The notes beneath the pieces were generated by a model that did no database searches, had not been told where the DNA came from, and saw nothing but the letters and a program-made list of their open reading frames with translations. From assembly GCA_001949185.1 (NCBI GenBank), contig BDGG01000002.1, positions 62,001 through 126,000 on the forward strand: 64,000 nucleotides of DNA. Direction: 5' to 3'. This document shows positions 11,586 through 23,037 of the stretch, piece by piece. This DNA comes from Ramazzottius varieornatus. Taxonomy: Eukaryota; Animalia; Tardigrada. The translations under genes and the position numbers were made by a program. How positions within the stretch are numbered: the stretch's first letter is position 1; each line of letters opens with the position of its first letter.

Positions 11586-13542
11586 ATGGAGGAAGGAACT
11601 TTCGGCAGCTTAATGCCGAAGAAGGTGGCCGTTTGGTATCCCGATAGCTGCTGTGACATCTGCACGGCGCCGGCTTCGGGAGTTCACTATGGCGTCGTGG
11701 CCTGCGAAGGATGCAAGGTAAGGTTCACTGATAATTAATAGCCAGAGGACGGTCAGCTCGTGGTTGGCGCATGACGTCATAGTCTGTACATGCTGCTGTG
11801 TGCATCGGTTGGTCGACGTCATACGCACGGTTGTATGGCCAGCACTGTCTTGGTTTGTTGTAGGCTTTCTACCGTCGTTCCGTCACGCAGAAGATTCCTC
11901 ACCATTGTTACTTTGGAGGCAATTGCGTGGTAGGACCGAGAGCTAAAGGACGCTGTCGCGCCTGTCGCTTCCAGAGCTGCCTGAAGCAGGGAATGAAGTT
12001 TGACAGTAAGGGACATGTACAGTCTGCAAATGACGTGATGGGACCACTACCTAAAGTGCCAAATGCCTCTTGTTGACTGAATTGTCCAGGTACGAAGATG
12101 GGGAGAGTGCCGTTGCGCAAACGAGAAGTGGACCGAGCTCTGTCAAGCTTCAGTTCTCTTGCCAAGGCGCCTAGTGGGCCTACCGAGAAGCTGTCGGCGG
12201 AAGGGCAGCCCACCTCGTCACCGGTGACATCTCCTTCAAAGACAGGGCCAGGCAGCAGCCCGCTCTACGCCATGCCACAGCAGCCCACTGCCAGCCAGGA
12301 TCTAGAGAGATACAGTCCTAGAGTTCGGCTGGGCCAGCTGGTTAACAATGTTGTCATCAACGTACCTACCCCGACCCAAGACCTTCACCTTGGGCAAGGC
12401 AGTGTGGAGGAAGCACAGTCCCTTCGTCGAACTTCCGTCATCTCCTTTGTCGCCAAATCTCCGCTAGTACCCGCTCCCCTCCAACGCTTTTCTCCTCGCA
12501 CCAAGCACAACTCCTGTCTGGAGGTGGAAAATGCAGGCTTTGAGACGACGCAGTGGTTGGCCCAAGAGGGATGGTGCCATCTTGACAAAGAGCAGACCAT
12601 CAAGACGGTGACGGAGCTCATCAGCCAAGTGCACGGTGACGACTATGCCACCTGGGACGCTTTCATGCATGACTGCATCCTCGAAGGCAAAGCCCCGGTA
12701 TGCCGCTCTTTTCCCCTCTTTCATCCCTTTGCATAGTTTCTTTCCTTGTTGTACTTTAGCGTCAGCCGCAGGTTTCCCTGCAAGTCTGTATCGATCAGAT
12801 TGTCAATGGCGCTGCCGACGTGGTGGAGAAGCATTGCAAGCTGTCGCTGGGTTTACCCGGCTTTGCTCACTTCAGCAAAGCCGACCAGCAAACGATGGTG
12901 TCGGAAAACTGGATGGGGGCATGGCTGGTAAGGCGTCTTCTTTCATGATGGTCAAGACAGGACTAGGCTTGACAGAGGGCTTCTTGTTCCCTTGCAGACG
13001 ACCCACCACAAGTATTACCGCAACAACACGGCCTACTACCTCATTGGCCCTCTGCAAATCCACTACTGCATCTACTGGCTGCAACAAGTGCTGGAGCCCG
13101 ACTATCTGCGCGCAGTGCTGACATGCACCGCGGCTCTCAACAGGCTGAACCTCACTCCCCTCGAGGCCTTCCTCCTACTAGCTATAGCAATGTTCACCCC
13201 AGGTATGTACTGTGTACTGACCTGACGATCTTGACCAGTAACTTCGATAGTGGTTTTTTAGGCTCGACCGAGGTGGAAAACGAGGCTCACATGGCCTTTT
13301 TGCATTCCCACTACAGCGACTGCCTCATCAGCCTGCTACGCTCCAGCCGACGAGCAACGGCTCAGTCGGGCCCGGACTTTGAGGCCCAAGTCCTGGGCGC
13401 GCTGGGCGTTATTCGACGCTTCAACGTCATAACACGCAAGTACGTCCGCACTCTGGACCTGACCACAGCTCCTTTCCGTCCCAAAGAAGGCTCTAATCCA
13501 GTCTCCATTCCTGGGGTCATGGATTACTATGATGGCTTCTGA
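11586..13542 (+). CDS. Nuclear hormone receptor (divergent, NR1-like) with C4 zinc-finger DBD and LBD; exons ~11586-11717, 11864-12005, 12090-12697, ~12760-12927, ~12998-13202, ~13262-13542
   Basis: CDICTAPASGVHYGVVACEGCK|AFYRRSVTQKIPHHCYFGGNCVVGPRAKGRCRACRFQSCLKQGM..KMGRVP; LBD signature LPGFAHFSKADQQTM and LNLTPLEAFLLLAIAMFTP. Confidence 0.92.
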
Positions 13543-14979
13543 TCCTTCCTCTTGCCCCAGCTGCCATAGGCGCCATATCGAGTCCCTTTATTTTGTAGAA
13601 TTTGCCACTTTGTGAACCAGCACGCATTTGCACGCTGCTTTCATGCTCAAGAGTAGTATTCTCACCGGGTATTTATCGATGACTTTCTGTCGAACGGATT
13701 ATTGCATTTTGATGCAGCCCGGTGATATCTGTACAACAGGTTGGGAGATCCCACTGGTGAGAGAGAGAGGGAGAGAGATTTTTATATGACATATGCGTAT
13801 TGCGTTATTTAGATTGTCTCAAAGAGTTTCAATAGGTGGCACACCATAAAGTCACGGTGAGGTCCTCGTAATCGTCCTTATTTCCGCCCGACACTGAGCT
13901 CTTGACGAAGCTGCTTTTGCGTCAACGTCCGCTATCGCTGCTTCTCCTTGCAACAACATTCCTCGATCTTGGGCCAGCAGACGACCGATAATCGTACGAG
14001 GTAAAGGTTGTAAACTTAGCCACCCTATACCAAGTTTGTAAAGTTAGCGACGGCTGTAGCGTCTATCGCTTGATTGACTATTTGATTGTCAGTCTTGGCT
14101 TTTTAACATGAGATTTCAACGTTCTTTTAATTGCGGATCTCTCGGATTCTCTTGACTCTTCGTGTTGACTGTGCCTAACACCATTCGACAGCTCATTATT
14201 TCATCTATCGATCTATCCTTAAAAGTTGGGATTGAGTAGTACAGAACAGGCGAACTTAGACGGCTAACTTTACAACCTTTCCCTCGTAATTTGACCAGTC
14301 GGAATGGAAGGAGGCAATGGACAGCACTTTCCATGTGCAGAAGACCATCAGGATGCAGTTTCTGCCGCTATCCATGCCATATACGCTGCCGACTTGATCA
14401 TGTGGGACGCGGCCATGTACGACATGATGATCAATGGAAATGTGCCGCTTTGTCTGGAAATATGAGCCACATAGCAAATGTAATACTGCTTCCGTCTGGT
14501 GGGCAGCATCAACCGCAAAGGACACTGGTCGGCTTCAAAGAAAAGTTTCGCATCAGCATACGCCGCTTTGTCCGTCAGATCTGCTACTTGTGCATGTCCC
14601 CTGCCGGGCTTCTCTACCTTCAGCCAAGAAGACCAGCCGACAGGGCTGAAGGAACGCTGGCCGGTAAGGCTTGACCAAGCTAGCTTGCCCACACCAGGCT
14701 TCCCATTTCTTTCCCCTTTATAATCATTGTCCATATTATTACATAGGTATAAACACGACAAGGGGAACGTTCTTCGGCATAGCGTTGCAGTATTCATCAC
14801 GCTATCAGATCTGTCTTTCCCCATACAGAGGACGAGCCTCTTCGTCTTCGCAAAGAGTAGCTGTAACTGACAAATAAAACCTGCGACTGTGCTTTGGGTG
14901 TGGAAGAGTAAGCGGAAACTAGTATACGTCCACATGACCAAAATGTTTGCCAAAAGCTAGTCTGTGGCTTGGACGTTGT

Positions 14980-17100
14980 TTAAGGTTGGCCTTCTTGTTG
15001 GTCGTCCATGGGGCTGTCGCTATCACTTTGCCCAGCGTCTCTTCCATCATTCTCCTTCTTTTGCTGTCTTCTAGTCTTGGGCAGGAGAAAGTCCTGGACC
15101 ATCTTGTTCACTTGCCGGAAAGAGCTCTCCCAGCTGGCGTCCGCTGCAATGGGGTACCTTTCGGCCTGGGGTACGGGCGTAATGTCGTACTTGTCAAGCG
15201 TTAGATTCATAATCATCAGTGGATGAAAGTGGCTGGCTTCCATGAAGACCTTCAACAGCTGGGCGGAGAAGCCACTGACCAAGGCCGTGCCAGCTTGCTC
15301 CTTCATGACGGGGAAAGACTTTGCTGTTGCTCGCAAATTCCAAAAGATGATTTGCGGAACCTTGGTCTGTGCAGCCGCATACTTTTGACAAATCTGCTCG
15401 TAGGTGGTACTCCATTGCCCGCCAAGGGCGGCGTCAAACTGCATGTCGGTGAATATGAAGAGCTTCTCCACCATTTTGGCAGCAGGCTCTTCAGCCACCG
15501 TCCTCAGCAGCAGGTCGAAGACTTTCAACAGATCGGTGTTTCCACCCCATTCCTGCCAACGGCATACCGTCATAAGATGCTGTCAGTGACACAAGTCAAT
15601 GACAGCCAAGAAACCTTACCATACTGATGACATCCTCGACTCGCTCCTTCAAATTATGGCCCTTGATTTTGTGCAGTTTCGGATTTTGATGAAAGGTGAT
15701 GAGTTGACCACGGAAGGGTTCTTCTGTCAGCTCGGAGACCAGCAGGCCTAAGGCTACGGCAACCTGCATGGGCACACCCTCCATCGAGCCTGACACATCA
15801 CACACCGCTTGGCACTTTTTGAAATTGCCTGATTTGGCCAGTTCGCCTACCAAGGCCTTCCACTGACCTACCAGCGCAATTGTTAAGCTGAATATTCATT
15901 GGGGCCAAGAAGTGTAGTATACCTTCAATCGTCGCGTCAACTTCAGCCTGGCTAGCCATGTATGGGACGACCAGTTCATGCGGCTGTGTTCCCCTCGACT
16001 TGATCGTCTCTTTTCCAACCGACAAGTCAGCCAGGTAGTTGGCATAACGATGGGCCAACTTCCGTCTGCCCTCAGAGGCCTCTTTCTTAACATTGGCTCC
16101 TGCAAAAAAAAGCGCTGCTTGATGACAGGGCCAAGCCAGAGACAAGGAAGTTGCTACCTCGTTTGAAGGCATTTCGGTACTGACGGTGAGCTTTGGCCGG
16201 CAGGCTGCTGAAGACGATCTCCTCGTACTTGCCGTTACACATCAGCCCTTCCAGCACACGCAGATGCTGCCGCAGCTTACTCAGCTTCTTCCGATATTGG
16301 CTCTTCTTCAGGCCTATCGATCGGCTAATCTTGCGCGAGAAGTAGAGAGGCTTCTTGCTGTAGTGCCTCATCTCTGAAGGGGCCCACTTGGCGCACAAGG
16401 AAATGCCGGCTTTGCCATTGGCCTCCAAGTCTCGATCATCCTGATTCAGCTGCGCTGCCATCACCGACAACTCCAGATCATTTCCCAGTTGTTCCAGCCG
16501 ACCACAGTGTGGAATGTTGGCACAGCGGACGGCAAGCTCGGCAATTACCAGCAGATCCTTGTAGCAACCCACCTGCAATAAACACACAATTTATCCAATT
16601 TGGCAAGCCCAACGAGGCAAATGCCGCCTTACATGTCCGACACGGAGAATATAGAGCAAATGACCAGTGTCGCTCCCCAAATTCACCCAACTCGCAAATT
16701 TCATCCATAAATATGTCTGAGTGTACTTTTCCTGTCACTGTAATTTGATAATATGTACCTTAATGAAGTTGTGGAAGTTGGCCAAGTAGGTCAAGGGTTT
16801 CCAGCAGGAAAGAAGATACATCAGAAGGAGAGGAAGCTTCTTCTCGCCTTTGCCATTGCGGATGTCTCGTAGGGAGAGGATAAGCTTGATTGTTTTGTCG
16901 GGGTCCTCGTTCCAAGCAGCCAGAAAACCATCGATGGCATCCTTTACCGAGGTGTCCCGTACTACGGTAGCAAAGAAGTCCAGGCACTTATCGCCGGTGG
17001 TAGTGAATGCACCGGCTAGATTCTCCGTTAGGCTTCTGCCACCGTCAAGTTGCTGCGAAAGGCTATTGTAAAGTGTCAAAATAGGGGGATGAGCCTCCAT
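14980..17100 (-). CDS. DUF2828 (TROVE-like) + C-terminal vWA domain protein; exons ~17100-16759, 16572-16158, 16099-15923, 15867-15620, 15552-14980
   Basis: LTENLAGAFTTTGDKCLDFF, LRDIRNGKGEK, GCYKDLL, SLCAKWAPSE, MIDAS CDVSGSMEG, LITFHQNP, WGGNTDLLKVFDLLL, LFIFTDMQFD, PQIIFWNLR, LVSGFSAQLLKVF. Confidence 0.9.
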
Positions 17101-19095
17101 GCCTCCAGCCTCCAGCTAGTCTCTCGTACAGTTTCAACGAGGAAGACAATCTTTCCCAAAAACGGAGTGATGAAGAGCGAAGAAGTGAAACCTTGAAGGA
17201 AGCTAACAACAGCAGCAGCAGCAGCGCAGAACGTCTGATGGAAAGAAATACTATGAGCAACACCAGCATTTACCATCACGCTTCCGGCAGCTGTCAACTG
17301 CCGAGTCTGCACTCTCGGATCTTCATTCAGCCTATTGATAAACAAGTTTACTCATGATGAGGCATGGTTCGGCTTTTGACTGATGTTACTGCTATATACA
17401 GAAGTAACCGCCACAAACGACGAGCCACGGGCCCACAGCTGGCCAAAGAACCCAGCCATACAGGTGATGCTAAAAGGGGCCCCCACTTCGACACGGTCTG
17501 CCAAAACCGAGATCGCGCGATGATGAAAATTGTTTAGGCAGAAGGCCGATGCTACGGCTGCGTACACGGCGCAGCCACGACATGAAGATTTATGGCTCGA
17601 TCCCTCTCAAATCGGTTTTTGGTCTCTGATGAATATCAAGCTTTGGCTGGTCTGTTGGCCTCTATACAGAACGGGATCTATCTATCTATTGGCCTCTATT
17701 GATCTATTGGCCTCTATCCCGTTCTGTGTAGAGGTGTGTGGGTTAATTGATTCACCAGGTTGTAGGTGGCGTTCAGAACATGGCCATGTTTCCTTTGCCG
17801 ACGAGTTCAGATGACGATACAGCTGTAGCTCCGGCTTTCTTTTGGCACAACGCCAGCAGTCAGTAACTTGATTGTGAGCCGCATGCGCCGGCAAGGCCCC
17901 CTTTAGCAGCACATGTATGTAGCCTTAGTTTCGGAAGCTACGAGATGACTAATTTTACCTTGCACTTGCAGCCAGAAAATACTGCACAATTTATAATATC
18001 TCACAATTTTCCGCGGTGATTAAAGTTGAGTGAAGGCCGGTTGTGAGAGCGGCTCGAAGAAGCTACCCACACCACAAGAAGCGCTCTTAATACCAAAGAC
18101 GTGTCAGAAGCTCTCCAAAAGACAGCTTGATCATCAGGAAAGGTACAGGGAGAAAGGTGGAAGCCTGGTCAGGGGCTTGTGCCTGTAAACATCATAAGGA
18201 GAAGTCTTGCACAGAAAGGCAGATCGAGGGAAGGGGAGTGGTCGAATTCTGCGTCAAACTTCCTTGATGAACTTTTTGCCGCTTGTCCAACCGACCTTGG
18301 CGCTTCTGCAGATGATCTTCACCTATGTAGTACTGCTTCTACCATTACCGCGGGAGCCATGGTCAGGCTGCACGTACGGACAGATGTTTGGAAGGCTGGA
18401 AGGTCACTTTCCATTTATCCTTTAACTCTGAAACAATTGGCAGCTCGTAAACAAGCTGGGCAAGAGACTTTTCGCAAGTGGCGCATCTTTTGCCTATTGC
18501 TGACCGAAAGCGTGCGCCACTTTGAAAGCTGCCTTGTTGAGTTTGTTTAATTGCCTAAGCTTAGCGGCCCATTTCGCTACAGTTAACATTGACTGACCAT
18601 CAGGCAGAGGTAACATGAAGTTTTTTGCCGTCTCAGAATTCTCGGTACTTAGTACGTACCCCAACTACCGTTACATCCCGCAAGAAAGAACTGGGAGCCG
18701 ACCGCCAGCGCAAAGAGGGCATCATCAAGTCCATTCAGGAGATTGGCGGTCACAACCTCCTTGGTAACAAGTACGTCCCCTGGCTGGCTAGTCCCTTCTC
18801 CATCCGCCGACCCTACATTCTTTGTACTAATTCCCGCTCAATAAATGGGGGGGGGGGGGCATTCGAATTCGCGTTGCATCCCTATTACAGGTACCGGCAA
18901 AGTCTGGCAAAGTCACTTCCGCGTTCGTCCGGTGATTCCGGCACAGGCTAGTTAGCCGATGATTTATGTTTTTATTTACATAATCAAGTTGATTGTTGAT
19001 CGTGTTAGACCGGTTAAGCCCATGAGTTAGCAAAGCATAATCTGTTGGCAATGTTTGATTATGGTGTTATCGTTGCTGTGAAAGTAGGAAGTGGT

Positions 19096-19966
19096 TCATA
19101 CGTCAGATTCCGCTGTGCTTTTAGAGGAACGTTTGGAGGAGGCCTCGTCGGTCAATCGTTCAGAAGACTCCCCCATGTCCGGGTTAAGGGTTTGCGTGTA
19201 GTTGGCTGCCTTGATGGTGTCGCCGTAGTTCTTGAAGGCTTTGGCCAGACAATAAGCCAGCTTGCGCGACTGAATGCGACTCTGGCACAGGAAGACGAAA
19301 CAATCAAAGGGCCGCTCGTCAATCAGAGATTTGTCTTTGATGGAGATCATGGCGAAAACTCGCGGGAAGACCACGTCTTGCACACCTGTCATCATAAACA
19401 TACGGTTATCGTACTGACATCATAATTATGATGATGACAATGTTGAAGAGCTGAAAGAATAGCTGGAATGGAGAATGGGTAATTCTTATTGGGTACTGAC
19501 CGTAAGAGATACGCTCGATTGGTTTGTGGCCGAGGTCGATCTCTTTTGAGGTATCATTGGGCCGTGAAGGCGAGATCTGCCGTAAGGAGACTCCGCTGTC
19601 GGCGATGTCCAGCTGCAGGACGGACAAATCGTCGGCCTCTGTGGACTTTGCCAATTCGACCAGTATATCAACGGGCTTGCGGGTGTGCTTAATGCCCCAT
19701 ATACCGGTGGAGGGATGAGAACCCAGGAAGCGAACAATGAAGGACTGAGGAAGTCCAATGTCGGCAAAGTTGCGAGCTTTATCTGGCTCAAGGCTGGGGT
19801 TGATTAAGGAAACTCCTGCAGGGAGCAAGTCGCCGTTGGCCTCAGCTTCGCATTGACGCTTTGGCCACTGCTCCAGACCAGGCTGACTTTCAGGTACGCC
19901 GCCAACTGACGCTTCGTCCTCCATGGCAATCTTACCCTTCTTCGACCTAAACAGGAAGAAACTCAT
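19096..19966 (-). CDS. PTB/PID-domain adaptor protein; exons ~19966-19501, 19385-19096
   Basis: SFIVRFLGSHPSTGIWGIKHTRKPVD..KPIERISYG|VQDVVFPRVFAMI..FDCFVFLCQSRIQSRKLAYCLAKAF is a PTB fold pattern. Confidence 0.85.
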
Positions 19967-20690
19967 GGCCGATGCTTGTTAAGATATTCCAAAGTGCAGA
20001 GGTAGTGAAAGTATGAACTGATGAGATACGGGTATCAACCAAGCATTTTGAATGATGATGGAGGACCGGAAGTAGAGTGAGGAAAAATCTTGTTGAAAGG
20101 GTATCAAACGCTGGTCCACCGCAGAACAAGCACAGGTAGGTGAGGATGTGAATTGTGGCGCGAGATATGAGTGGCCAGCGATCCAGTTTAGTCGAGCGTG
20201 GTCTAGTGTTGAATGGAAACGTCAGGTGCCGAGCACCGAATGGCTACTTGATATGATGCGGCTGAGAGGCAGAACGTCACGCAGAGGTACTTTGACTCCA
20301 TCGTTAATCCGTGAGCTATAGCAGATTACGACATGGTCTAATCGCATTACCTGTGCCACTGTCGAAATGGCCAAAGTATCATTTTCCGCACCGAACGTAA
20401 CGGACATGGAAATGCCATATTGGCTCTTCAGGCCGTACGCATCAAAGGTCTTGTTGACATGCAGCAGCTTTTATCTGTTCGCGCATATCGAGGAACCCTT
20501 AGAAAGCCTCACACCAACATTGAACAAGCACAGGATGCAGACCATGAGATTCAGCCTGGAGTCGTGGACAGCTTTACCCTCAAGTTTACTCCCAATAAAT
20601 TCTGTTACTTTTCTTCGAAAAAAGTACTCGACACAGCAAAATGCATCTTGAGAACGAGCTTCCGCTAAGAGTTTCTCATGAAATAATTCA

Positions 20691-21551
20691 TATATGGGCT
20701 GTGGGCAAGGTTTCTCAGAAGTCTGGGGTCATGGGGTAGAGGCACAGCTGATGAAATTTAACAAGGGCAAGGGAGGGTTTCAGGTATTTCTTGAAAATTC
20801 TTGGCCTCCACATGGCAAGCCCCGACCCCTACCCTTGGGCTACCCTGCCCCCTGCCTAAATTTCTTCGACTTTGCCTCTACGCCATGACCCCAGACTTCT
20901 GAGGAATAGTGCTGGCAACGATACGGTATACCGATATCTTGTCGAAATATATCGAATCTTTGCGATAAAATATGCGGCAGATATCGTCTCGAAAATATGG
21001 ATATGAAGCTCATATCGAATAACGCAATAAAATATTCGGCGATATCGTATCGCGCCATATCGACATATTTTCGATATATCGGTATTTTGCTGAATGGCAC
21101 ACTCGTTAGTGATATCTCGTTTACAGAAGACCATGGTTGATTTCGAAGACTTGATTTTGGCCATGGTGTGCCGAGCACACTTCGCCCATTCGGTTCTGGT
21201 GCTAATCCTGTCCAGGTTTCCATGTGTTTGAAGTCTTGGTCTAGTTGCGTCTTTGCTGTATCCGACGCTCTCGATCTTACTAGTACTTTATGTGGAAATC
21301 GGCTTCTTGAGTGGGCTTGAACCAGTGGAATTCCGAAAAACTAACATTTCGGAAATATCGATGTATCGCTGCAATATGATACGATACATCGAAAATACGG
21401 TAACGGAAAAATATTGTATCGAAATATCGATATCGAATGAATATCGAAGACCGCGATAAAATATCCGCCGATGTTGTATCGAAAAATATGGTATCGAATA
21501 TCATCGTATTTTTGCCAGTGCTACTGAGGAACCTTGCCCGCAGCGCGTATA
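20691..21551. mobile_element. Outer MITE (long TIRs, TA-flanked) whose right TIR is interrupted by a hAT MITE
   Basis: Left tatatgggctgtgggcaaggtttctcagaagtctggggtcatggggtagaggc; right arm reconstituted as gcctctacgccatgaccccagacttctgaggaa + ccttgcccgcagcgcgtata. Confidence 0.85.
20907..21523. mobile_element. hAT-type MITE (CGATA-rich) nested in the outer MITE
   Basis: Imperfect TIR tagtgctggca/tgccagtgcta; perfect 8-bp TSD ctgaggaa (20899-20906, 21524-21531). Confidence 0.92.
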
Positions 21552-23037
21552 ACTTTCAGTGAGACAAAATATTGTCAACCAGAAAGATCGGATTGAGGTG
21601 TGCCGAGCGTGAAATACTGGGGACATGAGGTGAGTGGGACGTCCAGCGAAAATCAAACAAACATTTGATACACACAGTCTCAGCAGGTCTGGAAGGAGTT
21701 TGCTTAGTCTAATGAACATATATGGATTTCGGCGGCCTCATCTTAATACGAACTTTTCCACAGTACACTATTTTGACATCAGATTATTCAGAGTACTCAA
21801 GGGCATCGCGTAGTAGAGTCGCCACGCTTCGCCGCGGATAGAAGTTTCACAAAACTGTTCGCCCTTTTGAGAAGAGTTTGCCGAAAACTAGGGGTGATTG
21901 GCAGCCGAAGCACCCCACAGGGTGGCTTATTGTCAAAACAAATGCAGACGCACATTTGGGCCGCATGACGTTATTGTGACGTCAAAACTTTATCAGTCGA
22001 AACTTTGAATCATTGCAGACTTCTCTGAGGAAGTCATCTGACCAGTGGTCAGATGGTCAAATGAACTTCAGCATTGTGTTCCTCGATGTCTGTTACACCA
22101 GATTGCATCAACAGCTTAACTTTGCCTGGGGTCCGACAACTTCAAACTCGTTCTGCGGTCGGACAATCGATGGATGTCAGTGCGGCAGCAACGACGTTTC
22201 GACCATTTCGCCAGGAGAGTTTGGCCACCTGTAGTCATTGATTGTCCGACCGCGAAACATATTCCGTTTTGATTTTGGATATGCGTTGATTGACTGGACC
22301 AGCCGCACACCTGTACTCGGGCTTAGTTTACGCGTACGAGCTCGGCCGTCTGATAGCTCTGATGGACAAATATGGTCGCACAAAAAGTTCCAGCTCGATT
22401 GGAATCTTCTCTGAAGTTAGAGAAACGAAATCCAAAAGTACGGTGCTCGTGAAACGGAGTTTAGAGCTACCAGTATGCAGCTTTGCGCAGAGCGACACGC
22501 AGGGGACAGTGCTTTTTAAACACAGGGGACAGTGCTTTTCAAATGTTAGCTGTAAGTTTCCCAGCCTGCACTTCGTGGTACAGACTACAGAGGAAGTAAA
22601 GGACTGAGTCTTGTACATGTTATTTTGTTGGTTACTTCCAAACGGCAGTAAATGAGAACGGGTTTCTCGATGCGTGAGTACCTGCTGATGACAATAATAT
22701 CAGTCTCTGGAAAGCATCAAGATGTCGCTTTGATGGACCTCTGTAAAAAAGTCAATTCCGAGGCTTTTTTATGGACTTTCACTCGCCAAGATTTCACAAA
22801 GCAACTGGCGGAGCCGGATATTTCCGGCGATTCATGTCAGGCAACCCAAACAGCTCTTCCATATAGACCAATCGCATTTATGGTCTCTATCATATTCTCC
22901 AATTTTCCAAAGTGTCGCCGGATTTAACCACAAGTTTAGTTCGCTGCAGCCAACAGTAAGAAATATTTACATCCTCAAAAAGTATCTACATTTTTCATCA
23001 TACCTTCATCCCGTTCTCGGCTAAAAGTTGGTCGAAA

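Noticed and set aside
14348-14953. 201-aa minus ORF downstream of the DUF2828 gene
   Set aside because: No ATG start or protein-like features; treated as 3' UTR
17457-17919. Interpretation of the long inverted repeat as MITE TIRs
   Set aside because: No TSD visible and the interior is nested stems; not fully excluded without a copy-number search
20340-20650. Exon-like minus-strand fragment (LNLMVCILCLF..FDAYGLKSQYG)
   Set aside because: Contains a stop and no family is recognisable
22290-22930. Cys-containing ORF fragments
   Set aside because: Multiple stops, no domain identified
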